A DNA stretch of 64,000 nucleotides. It comes from Escherichia coli. Its GTDB lineage: Bacteria; Pseudomonadota; Gammaproteobacteria; Enterobacterales; Enterobacteriaceae. The stretch's first letter is position 1. Each line of letters starts with the position of its first letter. Below the pieces are notes generated by a model that saw only the letters and a list, made by a program, of their open reading frames with translations, ran no database searches and was not told where the DNA came from. The stretch is taken from NCBI RefSeq assembly GCF_045037415.1, contig NZ_CP173438.1; one strand, given 5' to 3'. Positions 22,509 through 36,203 of the stretch are shown in pieces. The position numbers and the translations under genes are program-made.

Positions 22509-23555
22509 ATGCCAGTGCTACAGTGGGGAATGTTATGTGTTCTGTCACTTCTCCTTTCTATTGGCTTCCTCGCTTTACATCTCCCGGCGGCACTCCTGCT
22601 TGGCCCGATGATCGCGGGGATCATCTTCAGTATGCACGGAGTCACTCTGCAACTTCCCCGCTCCGCTTTTCTCGCTGCCCAAGCCATTCTTGGCTGCATG
22701 ATTGCACAAAACCTCACTGGTTCGATTCTCACCACGCTGGCCGTCAACTGGCCGATCGTGCTTGCGATTTTACTGGTGACGCTGCTTTCCAGCGCCATCG
22801 TGGGTTGGTTATTGGTGCGCTATAGCTCACTGCCTGGGAATACCGGGGCCTGGGGTTCTTCTCCTGGCGGCGCGGCGGCAATGGTCGCAATGGCGCAAGA
22901 TTACGGCGCAGATATTCGCCTGGTGGCGTTTATGCAATATCTGCGAGTGCTGTTCGTCGCAGGAGCCGCTGTTCTGGTCACCCGCATGATGCTGGGCGAT
23001 AACGCTGAAGCGGTTAACCAGCAGATCGTCTGGTTCCCGCCAGTGAGCATTAATCTCCTGCTTACGATTTTGCTCGCGGTCGTTGCCGGTACGGCGGGAT
23101 GCTTGCTACGTCTTCCTTCCGGCACGATGCTCATCCCGATGCTGGCGGGCGCAGTGCTCCAGTCTGGTCAGCTCATCACGATTGAACTCCCGGAATGGCT
23201 GCTGGCGATGGCATATATGGCAATTGGCTGGCGGATTGGTCTTGGTTTCGATAAGCAAATATTACTGCGGGCATTGCGCCCGCTACCGCAAATCCTGCTG
23301 TCGATTTTTGCTCTGCTGGCTATTTGTGCGGGCATGGCGTGGGGGCTGACCCGGTTTATGCATATTGATTTTATGACCGCCTACCTCGCCACCAGCCCCG
23401 GCGGGCTTGATACCGTGGCGGTCATCGCCGCAGGGAGCAATGCCGATATGGCGCTCATCATTGCGATGCAAACCCTGCGCCTGTTCAGTATTTTGCTGAC
23501 GGGGCCTGCCATCGCACGGTTTATTTCAACCTATGCGCCGAAGCGTTCGGCCTAG
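22509..23555 (+). CDS. abrB: AbrB-family inner membrane protein
   Basis: 348 aa polytopic membrane protein; 4-bp convergent overlap with nei. Confidence 0.85.
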   Translation: MPVLQWGMLCVLSLLLSIGFLALHLPAALLLGPMIAGIIFSMHGVTLQLPRSAFLAAQAILGCMIAQNLTGSILTTLAVNWPIVLAILLVTLLSSAIVGWLLVRYSSLPGNTGAWGSSPGGAAAMVAMAQDYGADIRLVAFMQYLRVLFVAGAAVLVTRMMLGDNAEAVNQQIVWFPPVSINLLLTILLAVVAGTAGCLLRLPSGTMLIPMLAGAVLQSGQLITIELPEWLLAMAYMAIGWRIGLGFDKQILLRALRPLPQILLSIFALLAICAGMAWGLTRFMHIDFMTAYLATSPGGLDTVAVIAAGSNADMALIIAMQTLRLFSILLTGPAIARFISTYAPKRSA

Positions 23556-24343
23556 TGCTGGCAGCCTGGGCACCAGTAAAACGGGCGCGATGACAGCGTG
23601 GTTTTCTCAATGATGCCGCCACAGCGTTCGCAAGGTTCGCCATCACGATGAAAAACCTTAAAGCGAAACAGCGCCCCATGATATTTGTTTTCATCCACCT
23701 GCCCCCGCGTAGCGTAAGAAAGTCGCGGAATATCCAGTAACGCGTGTGCGAGTGCATCCAGTTGCGGCGCATTGAGATCTTTCGCTTTATGATTTCCGGT
23801 CAACCCAACCTGCCAGAGGATCTCCACCCGCAAATAATTGCCAAGTCCTGCCAGAAACGCCTGATCGAGCAGTAATCCAGCAAACTGACGGTTACGAAAG
23901 CGCGGCGACAATAATCGTTCCTTTACCACCTCCGGCGTCAGATTCGGATCCAGCACATCGGGACCAACGCGTTGTAAAAACGGATGCGTGGTCAGTTGTT
24001 CCGGAGTCAACATCTCAATATCCGAGGCGCTATAAAGCAGAATGGTTTTGTCAGCCGTTTGCAGTTTTACCCGCAATACTCGCGTGGTCTGCGGCTCTTC
24101 GCCGGTATCAACCACGCGCCAGACGCCGTAAAGCTGATTATGGCTGTAGAGCGTTAAGTCGTTGGAAAAATGAGTTAACAACGCCTTACCACGCGTTTCC
24201 ACATGGGTAACGTGTTGACCGATAAGTCGTGATTGATAAGATTTTAACTGCGGGAAGGCAAACCAGACATCAGTTAGTGGTTTGCCTTTGATCGCCGCCT
24301 CCAGGTTATCCGCTGCACGGCGGATCTCCGGGCCTTCAGGCAT
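23552..24343 (-). CDS. nei: endonuclease VIII (DNA glycosylase / AP lyase)
   Basis: 263 aa; [21 protein letters not shown]-terminus; C-terminal zinc finger CERCGG...CPGCQ. Confidence 0.95.
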   Translation of the reverse strand: MPEGPEIRRAADNLEAAIKGKPLTDVWFAFPQLKSYQSRLIGQHVTHVETRGKALLTHFSNDLTLYSHNQLYGVWRVVDTGEEPQTTRVLRVKLQTADKTILLYSASDIEMLTPEQLTTHPFLQRVGPDVLDPNLTPEVVKERLLSPRFRNRQFAGLLLDQAFLAGLGNYLRVEILWQVGLTGNHKAKDLNAPQLDALAHALLDIPRLSYATRGQVDENKYHGALFRFKVFHRDGEPCERCGGIIEKTTLSSRPFYWCPGCQH

Positions 24344-24378
24344 GGTGATATCCTTTTTTCATTCTTTATTAAGCGGGG

Positions 24379-25113
24379 TTATGCTGCGACAACAATCCCC
24401 TTTTCAGCAAATGTAGCTCGTAATCGGCGGGCGAACGCCAGTGCGTGCTCGCCATCGCCATGTAGGCAGACCGTTTGCGCCGTGACCATTGCCCATTCGC
24501 CGGTGATACTTTTGACTCTGCCGTGTTGCACCATCTCCAACGTTTGCGCCAGCGCCTGTTCTTCGTTTTCAATCAACGCGCCTGGCTGGCTTCGCGGCAC
24601 CAGCGAACCGTCTGCCTGATAACCACGATCGGCAAACACTTCCTCGCGCGTTACCAGGCCATATCGTTCGCCTGCACGAATCAGCTCGCTTCCTGCCAGC
24701 CCGACGAGAATCAATGCCGGATCGCAAGCGTATACCGCTCTGGCGATAGCGTCTGCCAGTTGTGCCTCTTTCGCCGCCTGGTTGTATAACATGCCGTGCG
24801 GTTTGACATGACACATTACGCCGCCTTGCGCACGGGTAATCGCTGCCAGCGCGCCAATTTGATACAGCGTCTGGGCGAAAATGGTTTCTGGCGGCAGCTG
24901 CATGGCGCTGCGACCAAAATTTTCCCTGTCGGGAAAACTCGGGTGAGCGCCAATCGCGACACCATTTTTTATTGCTTCACGCACGCAAGCCTGCATGGTT
25001 TGCGCATCTCCTGCATGAAATCCACAGGCAATATTGGCAGAGGAAACCAGCGTTAATAGCTCTGCGTCGCTGGCGCAGCCTTCGCCCAGATCGGCGTTCA
25101 GGTCAATTTTCAT
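24379..25113 (-). CDS. pxpA: 5-oxoprolinase subunit A (LamB/YcsF family)
   Basis: 244 aa; [13 protein letters not shown]-terminus. Confidence 0.9.
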   Translation of the reverse strand: MKIDLNADLGEGCASDAELLTLVSSANIACGFHAGDAQTMQACVREAIKNGVAIGAHPSFPDRENFGRSAMQLPPETIFAQTLYQIGALAAITRAQGGVMCHVKPHGMLYNQAAKEAQLADAIARAVYACDPALILVGLAGSELIRAGERYGLVTREEVFADRGYQADGSLVPRSQPGALIENEEQALAQTLEMVQHGRVKSITGEWAMVTAQTVCLHGDGEHALAFARRLRATFAEKGIVVAA

Positions 25114-26035
25114 TGTGCAGCCGCCACGCTAATTGTTCGAAATAACGTTGCTGATCTTGCCGCGCTTTCAGTGCCTCTTCCAGTGAACACTGGACAAAAT
25201 GAATCGGCTGACCGAGCGGAATTTGCGCCAGATGGTACATATCAGCCTCAATGATACAGGCAATACGCGGGTAACCACCGGTGGTCTGTGCGTCGTTCAT
25301 CAATACAATCGGCTGGCCGTTATGCGGCACCTGCACCACGCCCGGCAACAAACCGTGAGATAACAGTTCGCGATCGGTGGTGCGTTTTAAAATTTGCCCC
25401 TGTAAGCGATAGCCCATGCGGTTACTTTGCGGGCTAAGCTGCCAGGGCGAACGCCAGAATGCATCCTGCGAGGCGCGATCGAACTCATGATATTCCGGCC
25501 CCGGCAAGGCGCGAATGCGGTTGCCCCAGAGCAGCTGTTTAACGCCCTGCGCTTCCATAAAATCACGCTTCGCTTTGCCAATCGGGAGTCGGTCACCATC
25601 CCTCAGTAAACGGCCTTCCAGCCCGCCAATCCCCACTTTGAGATCGGTGCTGCATGATCCCATTACCGGCGGAACATCAATACCACCCGCGACCGCCAGA
25701 TAACTGCGCATCCCGTGCTGCGGGCGTTTAAGCGTTAAACGCTGGCCTGCTTTCATCGGCAATCGCCAGCCGGTCCAGACGGCATTATCATCCAGCCGCG
25801 CTTCGCAACCGGCACCCGTCAGAGCAAACCACCCATCAGTTTCGAACTCAACCGTTAACTGACCGAGCGTGATCTCCAGCGCGGGGGCATTGGCGTCATT
25901 ACCCACCAGCAGGTTAGCAATGCGTAACGCAGGCATATCCAGTGCGCCACAGTGGCTGATACCAGACTGACGAAAGCCGTGACGGCCGCCATCCTGCACG
26001 GTGGTGTACATGCCCGCACGAATAATCTTCAGCAT
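25103..26035 (-). CDS. pxpC: 5-oxoprolinase subunit C
   Basis: 310 aa; overlaps pxpA and pxpB in an operon arrangement. Confidence 0.9.
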   Translation of the reverse strand: MLKIIRAGMYTTVQDGGRHGFRQSGISHCGALDMPALRIANLLVGNDANAPALEITLGQLTVEFETDGWFALTGAGCEARLDDNAVWTGWRLPMKAGQRLTLKRPQHGMRSYLAVAGGIDVPPVMGSCSTDLKVGIGGLEGRLLRDGDRLPIGKAKRDFMEAQGVKQLLWGNRIRALPGPEYHEFDRASQDAFWRSPWQLSPQSNRMGYRLQGQILKRTTDRELLSHGLLPGVVQVPHNGQPIVLMNDAQTTGGYPRIACIIEADMYHLAQIPLGQPIHFVQCSLEEALKARQDQQRYFEQLAWRLHNEN

Positions 26036-26685
26036 ACTCCCTCCTTCTGCGGTACAAAGCGCACGCTGTCTCCCGGACGTAATAAGATGGGTTCGTCACA
26101 CGCCGGATCAAACAGGCTGAGTGAGGTATGACCAATCAACTGCCAGCCACCCGGCGTTGCCAGCGGATAAACACCGGTCTGCGGCCCGCCGATCCCGACA
26201 GAACCTGCCGGAACGTGCAAGCGCGGTTCAGCGCGCCGTGGCGTGTGTAGTTGTTCCGGCAAACTCCCGAGATACGGGAAGCCCGGTTGAAAACCTAAAA
26301 ACCAGACCACGTATTCCACGGAGGAGTGCAATTCAACAACCTGTTTTTCGCTCAATCCACAATGCGCCGCGACCACCGCCAAATCCGGTCCGGCTGCGCC
26401 ACCGTAAACTACCGGAATTTCAATAAAGCGAGACTCCGGCTCCAGCGCCTCACTCTCCTCCCACCAGCGTTGCAAACGCTCTATGGCATCCAGCGCCAGC
26501 GACTCAGGATTACGCAAAATCACTGTGATATTGTTCATGCCAGGAATGGCTTCAACCACATTCGGCATATCCACCAGACGCTGTGCCAGTCGCCAGATCC
26601 GTTTCTGGCTAGCCAGCGTCACCGGCGGTTCCAGTTCCAGTACTACCGCCGTTTCACCTATCAGATAACAACGCGCTCGTTGCAC
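26029..26685 (-). CDS. pxpB: 5-oxoprolinase subunit B
   Basis: 218 aa; operon with pxpC and pxpA. Confidence 0.9.
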   Translation of the reverse strand: MQRARCYLIGETAVVLELEPPVTLASQKRIWRLAQRLVDMPNVVEAIPGMNNITVILRNPESLALDAIERLQRWWEESEALEPESRFIEIPVVYGGAAGPDLAVVAAHCGLSEKQVVELHSSVEYVVWFLGFQPGFPYLGSLPEQLHTPRRAEPRLHVPAGSVGIGGPQTGVYPLATPGGWQLIGHTSLSLFDPACDEPILLRPGDSVRFVPQKEGVC

Positions 26686-26707
26686 TTTCGATCCCTCTGA
26701 TTATTCG

Positions 26708-27451
26708 TTATGCAGGATTAGGAATATCAATAAAGGTCACATCAAGATCGGTATTTTCATTCAGCCACTCGCTCAATGCGCGAATACCACCGCGTTCAGT
26801 GGCATGGTGACCCGCAGCATAAAAATGCAATCCCTGCTCGCGGGCTGAATGAATGGTCTGTTCAGAAACTTCGCCAGTAATAAAAGCATCCACGCCAAAA
26901 CGCGCGGCGCTATCGATAAAACTTTGCCCACCCCCCGTGCACCAGGCGACGCGCTGGACCACCTCAGGTCCGGTATCGCCACACCATAACGGCTTACGTC
27001 CCAGACGCGCTTCAATCCAGGAGGCCAGTTCCAGTCCCGGCACAGGCATGGTCAGTTCGCCCCACGGCACCAACGGCTCAATTTCGCCCATGACCGTGAT
27101 CCCCAGTAACGCCGCCAGCTGTGCGTTATTACCCAGCTCCGGATGCGCGTCCAGGGGCAGATGCCAGCCATACAGGTTGATATCATTCGCCAGCAACGTT
27201 TTTAAACGGTTACGCTTCATTCCGCGAATGACCGGAGATTCACCTTTCCAGAAGTAGCCATGATGCACAATGACCGCATCCGCGCCCAGACGCACTGCCT
27301 CATCGAGCAAAGCCTGGCTGGCAGTTACACCGGTAACAATTTTTTGCACCATCTCTTTGCCTTCCACCTGCAAACCATTCGGCGCGTAATCACTAATCGC
27401 CGCGCTGTTCAGTTTTTCGTTAATCAGTTGTTCCAGTTCGGTGTTTTTCAT
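26708..27451 (-). CDS. ybgI: Nif3-family metal-binding protein (GTP cyclohydrolase 1 type 2 homologue)
   Basis: 247 aa; conserved position upstream of pxpB. Confidence 0.9.
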   Translation of the reverse strand: MKNTELEQLINEKLNSAAISDYAPNGLQVEGKEMVQKIVTGVTASQALLDEAVRLGADAVIVHHGYFWKGESPVIRGMKRNRLKTLLANDINLYGWHLPLDAHPELGNNAQLAALLGITVMGEIEPLVPWGELTMPVPGLELASWIEARLGRKPLWCGDTGPEVVQRVAWCTGGGQSFIDSAARFGVDAFITGEVSEQTIHSAREQGLHFYAAGHHATERGGIRALSEWLNENTDLDVTFIDIPNPA

Positions 27452-27538
27452 CTTCGCGCCTTCCGTATTCTGATAGCTACACCGTTAACATAGCGTTACC
27501 TCGCCTGTTCGTCGATAGCCAATCTTTTGACATATTAA

Positions 27539-29203
<1,665 letters not shown>

Positions 29204-29217
29204 TAAGCCAGCACCAT

Positions 29218-29250
29218 GCCTGATAAAACGCTCGCTGCGTTTTATCAGGC
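29218..29250 (+). terminator. Hairpin at the dtpD 3' end (overlaps phr stop)
   Basis: gcctgataaaacgc-tcgct-gcgttttatcaggc inverted repeat. Confidence 0.45.
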
Positions 29251-30663
29251 TCCTTTCCTCGCTTCTTCGTACGCTGCCAGCGTTCGCAGCCTTGCCTCTT
29301 TGTGATCGACTATCGGTTGCGGATAATCCAACGTCACACCTGTTTTCTCTGCCCACTTCCACGGCTCATGCACCGCTTTCCCCGGTACATCGCGCAGCTC
29401 CGGTAGCCACTGGCGGATAAATTCGCCTTCGCGGTCAAATTTCTCGCCCTGAGTTGTCGGGTTGAAAATACGAAAATACGGCGCTGCATCAGTACCCGTA
29501 GAAGCGGCCCACTGCCAGCCACCGTTATTAGCTGCCAAATCACCATCAATCAGCTGCGACATGAAATATCGCTCGCCTTCGCGCCAGTCGATCAACAAAT
29601 CTTTCACCAGAAAACTGGCTGTAATCATCCGTAGCCGGTTATGCATCCAGCCAGTGCTGTTAAGCTGACGCATGGCAGCATCGACAATCGGGTATCCCGT
29701 TTTGCCTTCCTGCCAGGCCTTTAAATGGGCGGGATTACTTTGCCACTGTACACGATCCGTCCAGGCAATAAACGGACGATGTTTACACAGCGAAGGATAA
29801 TACGTCATCAAATGGCGGTAGAACTCGCGCCAGATCAGCTCACTAAGCCAGACACTACCGGCTCCACCGTCCAGCGCCTGCGGCTGTTCCGCCAACAAGC
29901 GATGCAAACACTGGCGAGGCGATAACCCGCCCGTTGCCAGGCTGGCGGACAAACGACTGGTGCCTTCTACTGCCGGAAAATCTCGTTGTTGCTCATACTC
30001 TCCGGCACCGTTCTGGCAAAACTGGCGTAATTGCGCAATCGCCGCTTTTTCTTCCACCGGGAAATGCGCAGTATCGAAAGACTGACGAGGATAATTCAGC
30101 GTAATGGATGGCGCGGGATCTATCGCTCCACTACTACGTACTTTTGGCGCAGCGACGCACTCCGGCATCCCTTCCCGCAGCCGTTTCAGCCAGGCATTCT
30201 TAAAAGGCGTAAAGACTTTGTACATCTCATGATTGCCAGTCATCACCGCCCCCGGCGGCAGGATCACGCTGTCATCAAATCCTTCACACACCACGTTACG
30301 CAGCGCTCTTTCAACTTCCACATCCCGCGCCCGCTCATTTACCTCATACTGATAGTTATAAAAAAGATGAGTAACGCGGTTTTCCGCGCACACCTGTTTA
30401 ACTATTTCGACGCTGGCGGCAAAGTCATCCACTTCACGGAACAATAAAGGAATACCTTTTTCCGCCAGCGCGTTTTGCAGCGCATTAAGTTGTGTATTGA
30501 TAAGTTCAGCCTGACGCGGCGACACATTATGCGCCGCCCACTGGCGTGGGGTAGCGATATACAACGCCAGCACGCGTGCAGACGAATTGCGGCAGGCGGC
30601 AGCCAGTGCGAGATTATCGTGCAGACGTAAATCCTGGCGAAACCAGACCAGATGGGTAGTCAT
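29245..30663 (-). CDS. phr: deoxyribodipyrimidine photolyase
   Basis: 472 aa; MTTHLVWFRQDLRLHDNLAL N-terminus; FAD-binding C-terminal domain. Confidence 0.93.
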   Translation of the reverse strand: MTTHLVWFRQDLRLHDNLALAAACRNSSARVLALYIATPRQWAAHNVSPRQAELINTQLNALQNALAEKGIPLLFREVDDFAASVEIVKQVCAENRVTHLFYNYQYEVNERARDVEVERALRNVVCEGFDDSVILPPGAVMTGNHEMYKVFTPFKNAWLKRLREGMPECVAAPKVRSSGAIDPAPSITLNYPRQSFDTAHFPVEEKAAIAQLRQFCQNGAGEYEQQRDFPAVEGTSRLSASLATGGLSPRQCLHRLLAEQPQALDGGAGSVWLSELIWREFYRHLMTYYPSLCKHRPFIAWTDRVQWQSNPAHLKAWQEGKTGYPIVDAAMRQLNSTGWMHNRLRMITASFLVKDLLIDWREGERYFMSQLIDGDLAANNGGWQWAASTGTDAAPYFRIFNPTTQGEKFDREGEFIRQWLPELRDVPGKAVHEPWKWAEKTGVTLDYPQPIVDHKEARLRTLAAYEEARKGA

Positions 30664-31169
30664 AAAACTCCTGCATGGCGCAAGTTAATCACACGCGGCC
30701 AAAGTTCGAAATAACGCTGCCCTGAAAGCCAGGCGTCAGGATAAAGCGCCATATAGTGTTTGATACGCATCAGCGGCGCAAGAAGCGATTGCTCGCCACG
30801 GCGATAACTGTCGATAAGCGCCGCCAGCTGCTGGCGTTCTGTGGAATCAATATGTGGGCGAAAATATCCCTGAACGTGCATCAAAACGTTAGTATGATCA
30901 CGCCGGTTGGCAGGGTGAGAAAGCAAAACAATCACGCGTTGGCGGTACTGGTTGTAATAGTCATCCAGACTTTGCCACCGGTGAATATCAGCCACAAACG
31001 GGCCAAGTTTGCGGTACTCCGGCTGAGAATGCGCCAGAAAGACGAGTTTATAGCGGCTGTGATAATCGAGAAGCGCCCCGCGCGTTAGTCCTCGATCTTT
31101 GAGATTGTGTAACTCATGCAAAGCAAAAATGCGGATAAGGGTGCTGTCATCAAAAAGTTGTTGATTCAT
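30660..31169 (-). CDS. ybgA: DUF1722-family protein co-transcribed with photolyase
   Basis: 169 aa; 4-bp overlap with phr start. Confidence 0.85.
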   Translation of the reverse strand: MNQQLFDDSTLIRIFALHELHNLKDRGLTRGALLDYHSRYKLVFLAHSQPEYRKLGPFVADIHRWQSLDDYYNQYRQRVIVLLSHPANRRDHTNVLMHVQGYFRPHIDSTERQQLAALIDSYRRGEQSLLAPLMRIKHYMALYPDAWLSGQRYFELWPRVINLRHAGVL

Positions 31170-31210
31170 TACTGCTCCTGAACGGTTTACAGGAGTAAGT
31201 GTAGACGCCG

Positions 31211-31250
31211 AAAAAAGAAAACCGCCAGCGTTTCCACCGGCGGTTTTCTT
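31211..31250. terminator. Bidirectional terminator between ybfA and ybgA
   Basis: aaaaaagaaaaccgcc...ggcggttttcttt hairpin flanked by A-run and T-run. Confidence 0.5.
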
Positions 31251-31269
31251 TAAACGTCATGTTTGGCAA

Positions 31270-31476
31270 TCAGTAAAAATCACCGGTTGCCTTTTCGGCC
31301 TGATCCATCCACACCGGTTTATCGCTGGTTTTCGACCAGACGCGGTGCAGGTAGCTATAAAAGCGGGCGCGGTCTTTCCAGAAAAGCATGAAAGGCAGCG
31401 CCAGAACGCCCGCTGCAACCGCACAAGTACGGCGTAAAAAGATAAGCCATGCAGGATATTCTTTGTAGAGTTCCAT
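31270..31476 (-). CDS. ybfA: small DUF2517-family protein
   Basis: 68 aa; [17 protein letters not shown]-terminus. Confidence 0.8.
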   Translation of the reverse strand: MELYKEYPAWLIFLRRTCAVAAGVLALPFMLFWKDRARFYSYLHRVWSKTSDKPVWMDQAEKATGDFY

Positions 31477-31687
31477 ACTTTTCTCCCCCTTTTGTATCTA
31501 CCCGGTGAATAGCACCGGAAAAATGAATTCGTTTATCTGATGAAAATAGTACCGCTGTTTGTGTAATTTTACTACTCATCCGACCACTTATTTTTGCTTA
31601 TTGATGGTTTATTTATATTCACCGTGTAATTAAGTTACATAAAAGTTAAATTAATACTAAACATTAGTTAAATCATTGCTTTTGCCA

Positions 31688-31708
31688 TTTTTATACTTTT
31701 TTTACACC
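31688..31708 (+). promoter_or_regulatory. KdpE response-regulator binding site of the kdpFABC promoter
   Basis: tttttatactttttttacacc about 80 bp upstream of kdpF, matching the known T-rich KdpE operator. Confidence 0.6.
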
Positions 31709-31788
31709 ACGCCCGCAGATTTTTGCGAAATCTTTGCAGCCAGAACTCTACCCTTCCGGTATCACTTTTAGGCCACTGGAGGTGCACT

Positions 31789-31878
31789 GTGAGTGCAGGC
31801 GTGATAACCGGCGTGTTGCTGGTGTTTTTATTACTGGGTTATCTGGTTTATGCCCTGATCAATGCGGAGGCATTCTGA
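31789..31878 (+). CDS. kdpF: K+-transporting ATPase small subunit F (29 aa)
   Basis: GTG-initiated ORF reading [29 protein letters not shown]; stop overlaps kdpA ATG (TGATG); below ORF-track size cutoff. Confidence 0.8.
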
Positions 31879-33551
31879 TGGCTGCGCAAGGGTTCTTACT
31901 GATTGCCACGTTTTTACTGGTATTAATGGTGCTGGCGCGTCCCTTAGGTAGCGGGCTGGCGCGGCTGATTAATGATATTCCTCTTCCTGGTACGACGGGC
32001 GTTGAACGCGTACTCTTTAGCGCGCTTGGCGTCTCTGACCGCGAGATGAACTGGAAGCAGTATCTCTCAGCCATTCTTGGCCTGAATATACTGGGGCTGG
32101 CGGTGCTGTTTTTTATGTTGCTCGGTCAGCACTATCTGCCGCTTAATCCACAGCAGTTGCCAGGGCTGTCGTGGGATCTGGCGCTCAATACCGCCGTCAG
32201 CTTTGTCACCAATACCAACTGGCAATCTTATAGCGGTGAAACCACGTTGAGCTATTTCAGCCAGATGGCGGGCTTAACGGTACAAAACTTTCTTTCTGCC
32301 GCCAGCGGGATTGCGGTGATTTTTGCCCTCATTCGTGCATTTACCCGCCAGAGCATGAGCACACTCGGGAATGCCTGGGTCGATCTGCTACGCATCACGT
32401 TATGGGTGCTAGTCCCTGTGGCGTTGTTGATCGCACTGTTTTTTATTCAACAAGGTGCGCTGCAAAACTTTCTGCCCTATCAGGCGGTGAATACCGTTGA
32501 AGGAGCACAACAGCTGTTACCCATGGGGCCAGTAGCTTCTCAGGAAGCGATCAAAATGCTCGGAACTAACGGCGGTGGCTTTTTTAATGCCAACTCGTCG
32601 CATCCGTTTGAAAACCCAACCGCACTGACCAACTTCGTGCAAATGCTGGCGATTTTCTTGATCCCAACAGCGCTGTGCTTTGCCTTTGGTGAAGTGGCGG
32701 GCGATCGTCGCCAGGGGCGCATGTTGCTGTGGGCGATGTCGGTGATTTTTGTCATCTGCGTAGGCGTAGTGATGTGGGCAGAAGTTCAGGGTAATCCTCA
32801 TCTGCTGGCGCTCGGCGCGGACAGCAGCATCAATATGGAAGGTAAAGAGAGCCGTTTCGGCGTGCTGGTCAGTAGCCTGTTTGCGGTCGTGACTACGGCG
32901 GCTTCCTGCGGCGCGGTGATTGCGATGCATGATTCGTTTACCGCTCTTGGTGGCATGGTGCCGATGTGGTTGATGCAAATTGGTGAAGTGGTATTCGGCG
33001 GCGTCGGTTCCGGCCTTTACGGCATGATGCTGTTTGTCCTGCTGGCGGTGTTTATTGCCGGGCTGATGATTGGTCGTACACCGGAATATCTGGGTAAAAA
33101 AATCGACGTACGCGAGATGAAACTGACTGCACTGGCGATTCTGGTCACCCCGACGCTGGTGCTGATGGGCGCGGCGCTGGCAATGATGACCGACGCCGGA
33201 CGTAGCGCCATGCTCAACCCTGGCCCGCATGGTTTTAGCGAAGTGCTGTACGCCGTGTCATCCGCCGCTAACAACAACGGCAGCGCCTTTGCCGGATTAA
33301 GCGCCAACTCTCCATTCTGGAACTGTTTACTGGCGTTGTGCATGTTTGTCGGGCGCTTCGGGGTGATTATCCCGGTGATGGCAATTGCCGGTTCGCTGGT
33401 GAGTAAAAAGAGCCAACCCGCCAGCTCCGGCACATTGCCAACGCACGGCCCGCTGTTTGTTGGCCTGTTAATCGGCACCGTGTTGCTGGTTGGCGCACTG
33501 ACCTTTATCCCTGCCCTGGCGCTTGGTCCGGTGGCGGAATATCTCTCCTGA
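31878..33551 (+). CDS. kdpA: K+-transporting ATPase subunit A
   Basis: ORF-track frame 31734..33551; start placed at [14 protein letters not shown] overlapping the kdpF stop. Confidence 0.95.
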   Translation: MAAQGFLLIATFLLVLMVLARPLGSGLARLINDIPLPGTTGVERVLFSALGVSDREMNWKQYLSAILGLNILGLAVLFFMLLGQHYLPLNPQQLPGLSWDLALNTAVSFVTNTNWQSYSGETTLSYFSQMAGLTVQNFLSAASGIAVIFALIRAFTRQSMSTLGNAWVDLLRITLWVLVPVALLIALFFIQQGALQNFLPYQAVNTVEGAQQLLPMGPVASQEAIKMLGTNGGGFFNANSSHPFENPTALTNFVQMLAIFLIPTALCFAFGEVAGDRRQGRMLLWAMSVIFVICVGVVMWAEVQGNPHLLALGADSSINMEGKESRFGVLVSSLFAVVTTAASCGAVIAMHDSFTALGGMVPMWLMQIGEVVFGGVGSGLYGMMLFVLLAVFIAGLMIGRTPEYLGKKIDVREMKLTALAILVTPTLVLMGAALAMMTDAGRSAMLNPGPHGFSEVLYAVSSAANNNGSAFAGLSANSPFWNCLLALCMFVGRFGVIIPVMAIAGSLVSKKSQPASSGTLPTHGPLFVGLLIGTVLLVGALTFIPALALGPVAEYLS

Positions 33552-33573
33552 TGATATTGAGTGAGCACTGAAT

Positions 33574-35622
33574 ATGAGTCGTAAACAACTGGCGCTATTC
33601 GAACCAACACTTGTCGTTCAGGCGCTGAAAGAAGCGGTGAAAAAATTAAACCCGCAGGCGCAATGGCGCAATCCGGTGATGTTTATCGTCTGGATCGGCA
33701 GTCTGCTGACCACCTGTATTAGCATCGCGATGGCAAGCGGTGTGATGCCTGGTAATGCGCTGTTTAGCGCGGCAATTAGCGGCTGGCTGTGGGTCACCGT
33801 ACTGTTCGCTAATTTCGCCGAGGCGTTGGCAGAAGGCCGCAGTAAAGCGCAGGCCAACAGTCTGAAAGGGGTGAAAAAAACCGCTTTTGCTCGCAAGCTG
33901 CGCGAACCGAAATATGGCGCTGTGGCAGACAAAGTTCCTGCCGATCAACTGCGTAAAGGCGATATCGTACTGGTAGAAGCTGGCGATATTATCCCCTGCG
34001 ATGGTGAAGTCATTGAAGGCGGCGCATCGGTCGATGAAAGCGCCATCACCGGGGAATCGGCTCCGGTGATCCGTGAATCCGGCGGTGATTTTGCCTCCGT
34101 CACTGGCGGCACGCGTATTCTTTCTGACTGGCTGGTGATTGAGTGCAGCGTTAACCCCGGCGAGACATTTCTGGATCGGATGATCGCGATGGTGGAAGGT
34201 GCGCAGCGACGTAAAACGCCGAACGAGATTGCCCTGACCATTCTCCTGATTGCCCTGACTATCGTCTTTTTACTGGCAACCGCCACGCTGTGGCCGTTTT
34301 CCGCGTGGGGCGGTAATGCAGTCAGCGTAACGGTACTGGTGGCACTGCTGGTCTGTCTGATCCCAACCACTATTGGCGGCCTGTTGTCAGCGATTGGCGT
34401 CGCCGGGATGAGTCGGATGCTGGGCGCGAATGTTATTGCCACCAGCGGGCGTGCAGTTGAAGCGGCGGGCGACGTGGACGTCCTGCTGCTGGATAAAACC
34501 GGCACCATCACACTCGGTAACCGTCAGGCGTCGGAGTTTATCCCTGCGCAGGGCGTGGATGAAAAAACGCTGGCTGACGCCGCACAACTGGCTTCGCTGG
34601 CTGATGAAACGCCGGAAGGCCGCAGTATTGTGATCCTCGCCAAGCAGCGTTTTAACCTGCGCGAGCGCGATGTGCAGTCGCTCCATGCCACCTTTGTACC
34701 GTTTACTGCGCAAAGCCGGATGAGCGGGATCAACATCGACAACCGCATGATCCGTAAAGGTTCTGTCGATGCCATTCGCCGCCATGTTGAGGCTAACGGC
34801 GGTCACTTCCCTGCCGATGTTGATCAAAAAGTCGATCAAGTTGCGCGTCAGGGAGCCACGCCGCTGGTGGTGGTGGAAGGTTCTCGTGTGCTGGGCGTTA
34901 TTGCGCTGAAAGATATCGTCAAAGGCGGTATTAAAGAGCGCTTCGCCCAGCTGCGTAAAATGGGCATTAAAACGGTGATGATTACCGGCGATAACCGTCT
35001 GACTGCCGCCGCGATTGCCGCGGAAGCGGGCGTCGATGATTTTCTCGCCGAAGCAACACCGGAGGCCAAGCTGGCGTTGATTCGTCAGTATCAGGCAGAA
35101 GGCCGTTTAGTGGCGATGACCGGCGATGGCACCAACGATGCTCCGGCGCTGGCGCAGGCGGATGTCGCGGTGGCGATGAACTCCGGCACCCAGGCGGCGA
35201 AAGAAGCAGGCAATATGGTGGATCTCGACTCCAACCCGACCAAGTTGATCGAGGTGGTGCACATTGGCAAACAGATGCTGATGACCCGTGGCTCGTTGAC
35301 CACCTTCAGCATTGCCAACGATGTGGCGAAATACTTCGCCATTATTCCAGCGGCGTTCGCGGCAACGTATCCGCAGTTAAATGCGCTGAACATCATGCGC
35401 CTGCATTCGCCCGACTCCGCCATTCTCAGTGCGGTCATTTTCAACGCCTTGATTATCGTCTTTTTGATTCCCCTGGCGTTAAAAGGCGTGAGTTATAAAC
35501 CGCTTACCGCTTCTGCCATGTTGCGCCGTAACTTATGGATTTACGGTCTGGGTGGGCTGCTGGTGCCGTTTATTGGTATCAAAGTCATTGATTTACTGCT
35601 AACCGTTTGCGGTCTGGTGTGA
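33574..35622 (+). CDS. kdpB: K+-transporting ATPase subunit B (P-type ATPase)
   Basis: 682 aa; DKTGTIT phosphorylation motif, [10 protein letters not shown] motif. Confidence 0.97.
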   Translation: MSRKQLALFEPTLVVQALKEAVKKLNPQAQWRNPVMFIVWIGSLLTTCISIAMASGVMPGNALFSAAISGWLWVTVLFANFAEALAEGRSKAQANSLKGVKKTAFARKLREPKYGAVADKVPADQLRKGDIVLVEAGDIIPCDGEVIEGGASVDESAITGESAPVIRESGGDFASVTGGTRILSDWLVIECSVNPGETFLDRMIAMVEGAQRRKTPNEIALTILLIALTIVFLLATATLWPFSAWGGNAVSVTVLVALLVCLIPTTIGGLLSAIGVAGMSRMLGANVIATSGRAVEAAGDVDVLLLDKTGTITLGNRQASEFIPAQGVDEKTLADAAQLASLADETPEGRSIVILAKQRFNLRERDVQSLHATFVPFTAQSRMSGINIDNRMIRKGSVDAIRRHVEANGGHFPADVDQKVDQVARQGATPLVVVEGSRVLGVIALKDIVKGGIKERFAQLRKMGIKTVMITGDNRLTAAAIAAEAGVDDFLAEATPEAKLALIRQYQAEGRLVAMTGDGTNDAPALAQADVAVAMNSGTQAAKEAGNMVDLDSNPTKLIEVVHIGKQMLMTRGSLTTFSIANDVAKYFAIIPAAFAATYPQLNALNIMRLHSPDSAILSAVIFNALIIVFLIPLALKGVSYKPLTASAMLRRNLWIYGLGGLLVPFIGIKVIDLLLTVCGLV

Positions 35623-35630
35623 GGTTTACC

Positions 35631-36203
35631 ATGAGTGGATTACGTCCGGCATTATCGACATTTCTCTTTCTGTTATTGATTACTGGCGGCGTTTACCCGC
35701 TGCTGACCACCGCACTGGGGCAATGGTGGTTTCCCTGGCAGGCCAACGGTTCATTGATTCGTGAAGGTGATACGGTGCGCGGTTCGGCATTAATCGGGCA
35801 AAATTTTACCGGCAACGGCTATTTTCATGGTCGCCCGTCGGCAACAGCAGAAATGCCCTATAATCCACAGGCTTCTGGCGGGAGCAATCTGGCAGTCAGT
35901 AACCCGGTGCTGGATAAACAGATAGCCGCACGCGTTGCCGCATTACGGGCCGCTAACCCGGACGCCAGCACGAGCGTTCCGGTTGAACTGGTGACAGCGT
36001 CAGCAAGCGGGCTGGACAATAATATTACCCCGCAAGCGGCGGCCTGGCAGATCCCACGCGTGGCGAAAGCGCGTAATCTCAGCGTTGAACAGCTCACGCA
36101 ACTGATCGCAAAATACAGCCAACAACCGCTGGTGAACTATATCGGCCAGCCGGTCGTCAACGTTGTAGAACTCAATCTGGCGCTGGATAAGCTTGATGAA
36201 TAA
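35631..36203 (+). CDS. kdpC: K+-transporting ATPase subunit C
   Basis: ORF-track frame from 35607; start placed at [11 protein letters not shown]. Confidence 0.93.
   Translation: MSGLRPALSTFLFLLLITGGVYPLLTTALGQWWFPWQANGSLIREGDTVRGSALIGQNFTGNGYFHGRPSATAEMPYNPQASGGSNLAVSNPVLDKQIAARVAALRAANPDASTSVPVELVTASASGLDNNITPQAAAWQIPRVAKARNLSVEQLTQLIAKYSQQPLVNYIGQPVVNVVELNLALDKLDE

Noticed and set aside
22343-22798. 151-aa minus-strand ORF overlapping the abrB start
   Set aside because: Antisense to the conserved abrB N-terminus and the upstream intergenic region; no motif.
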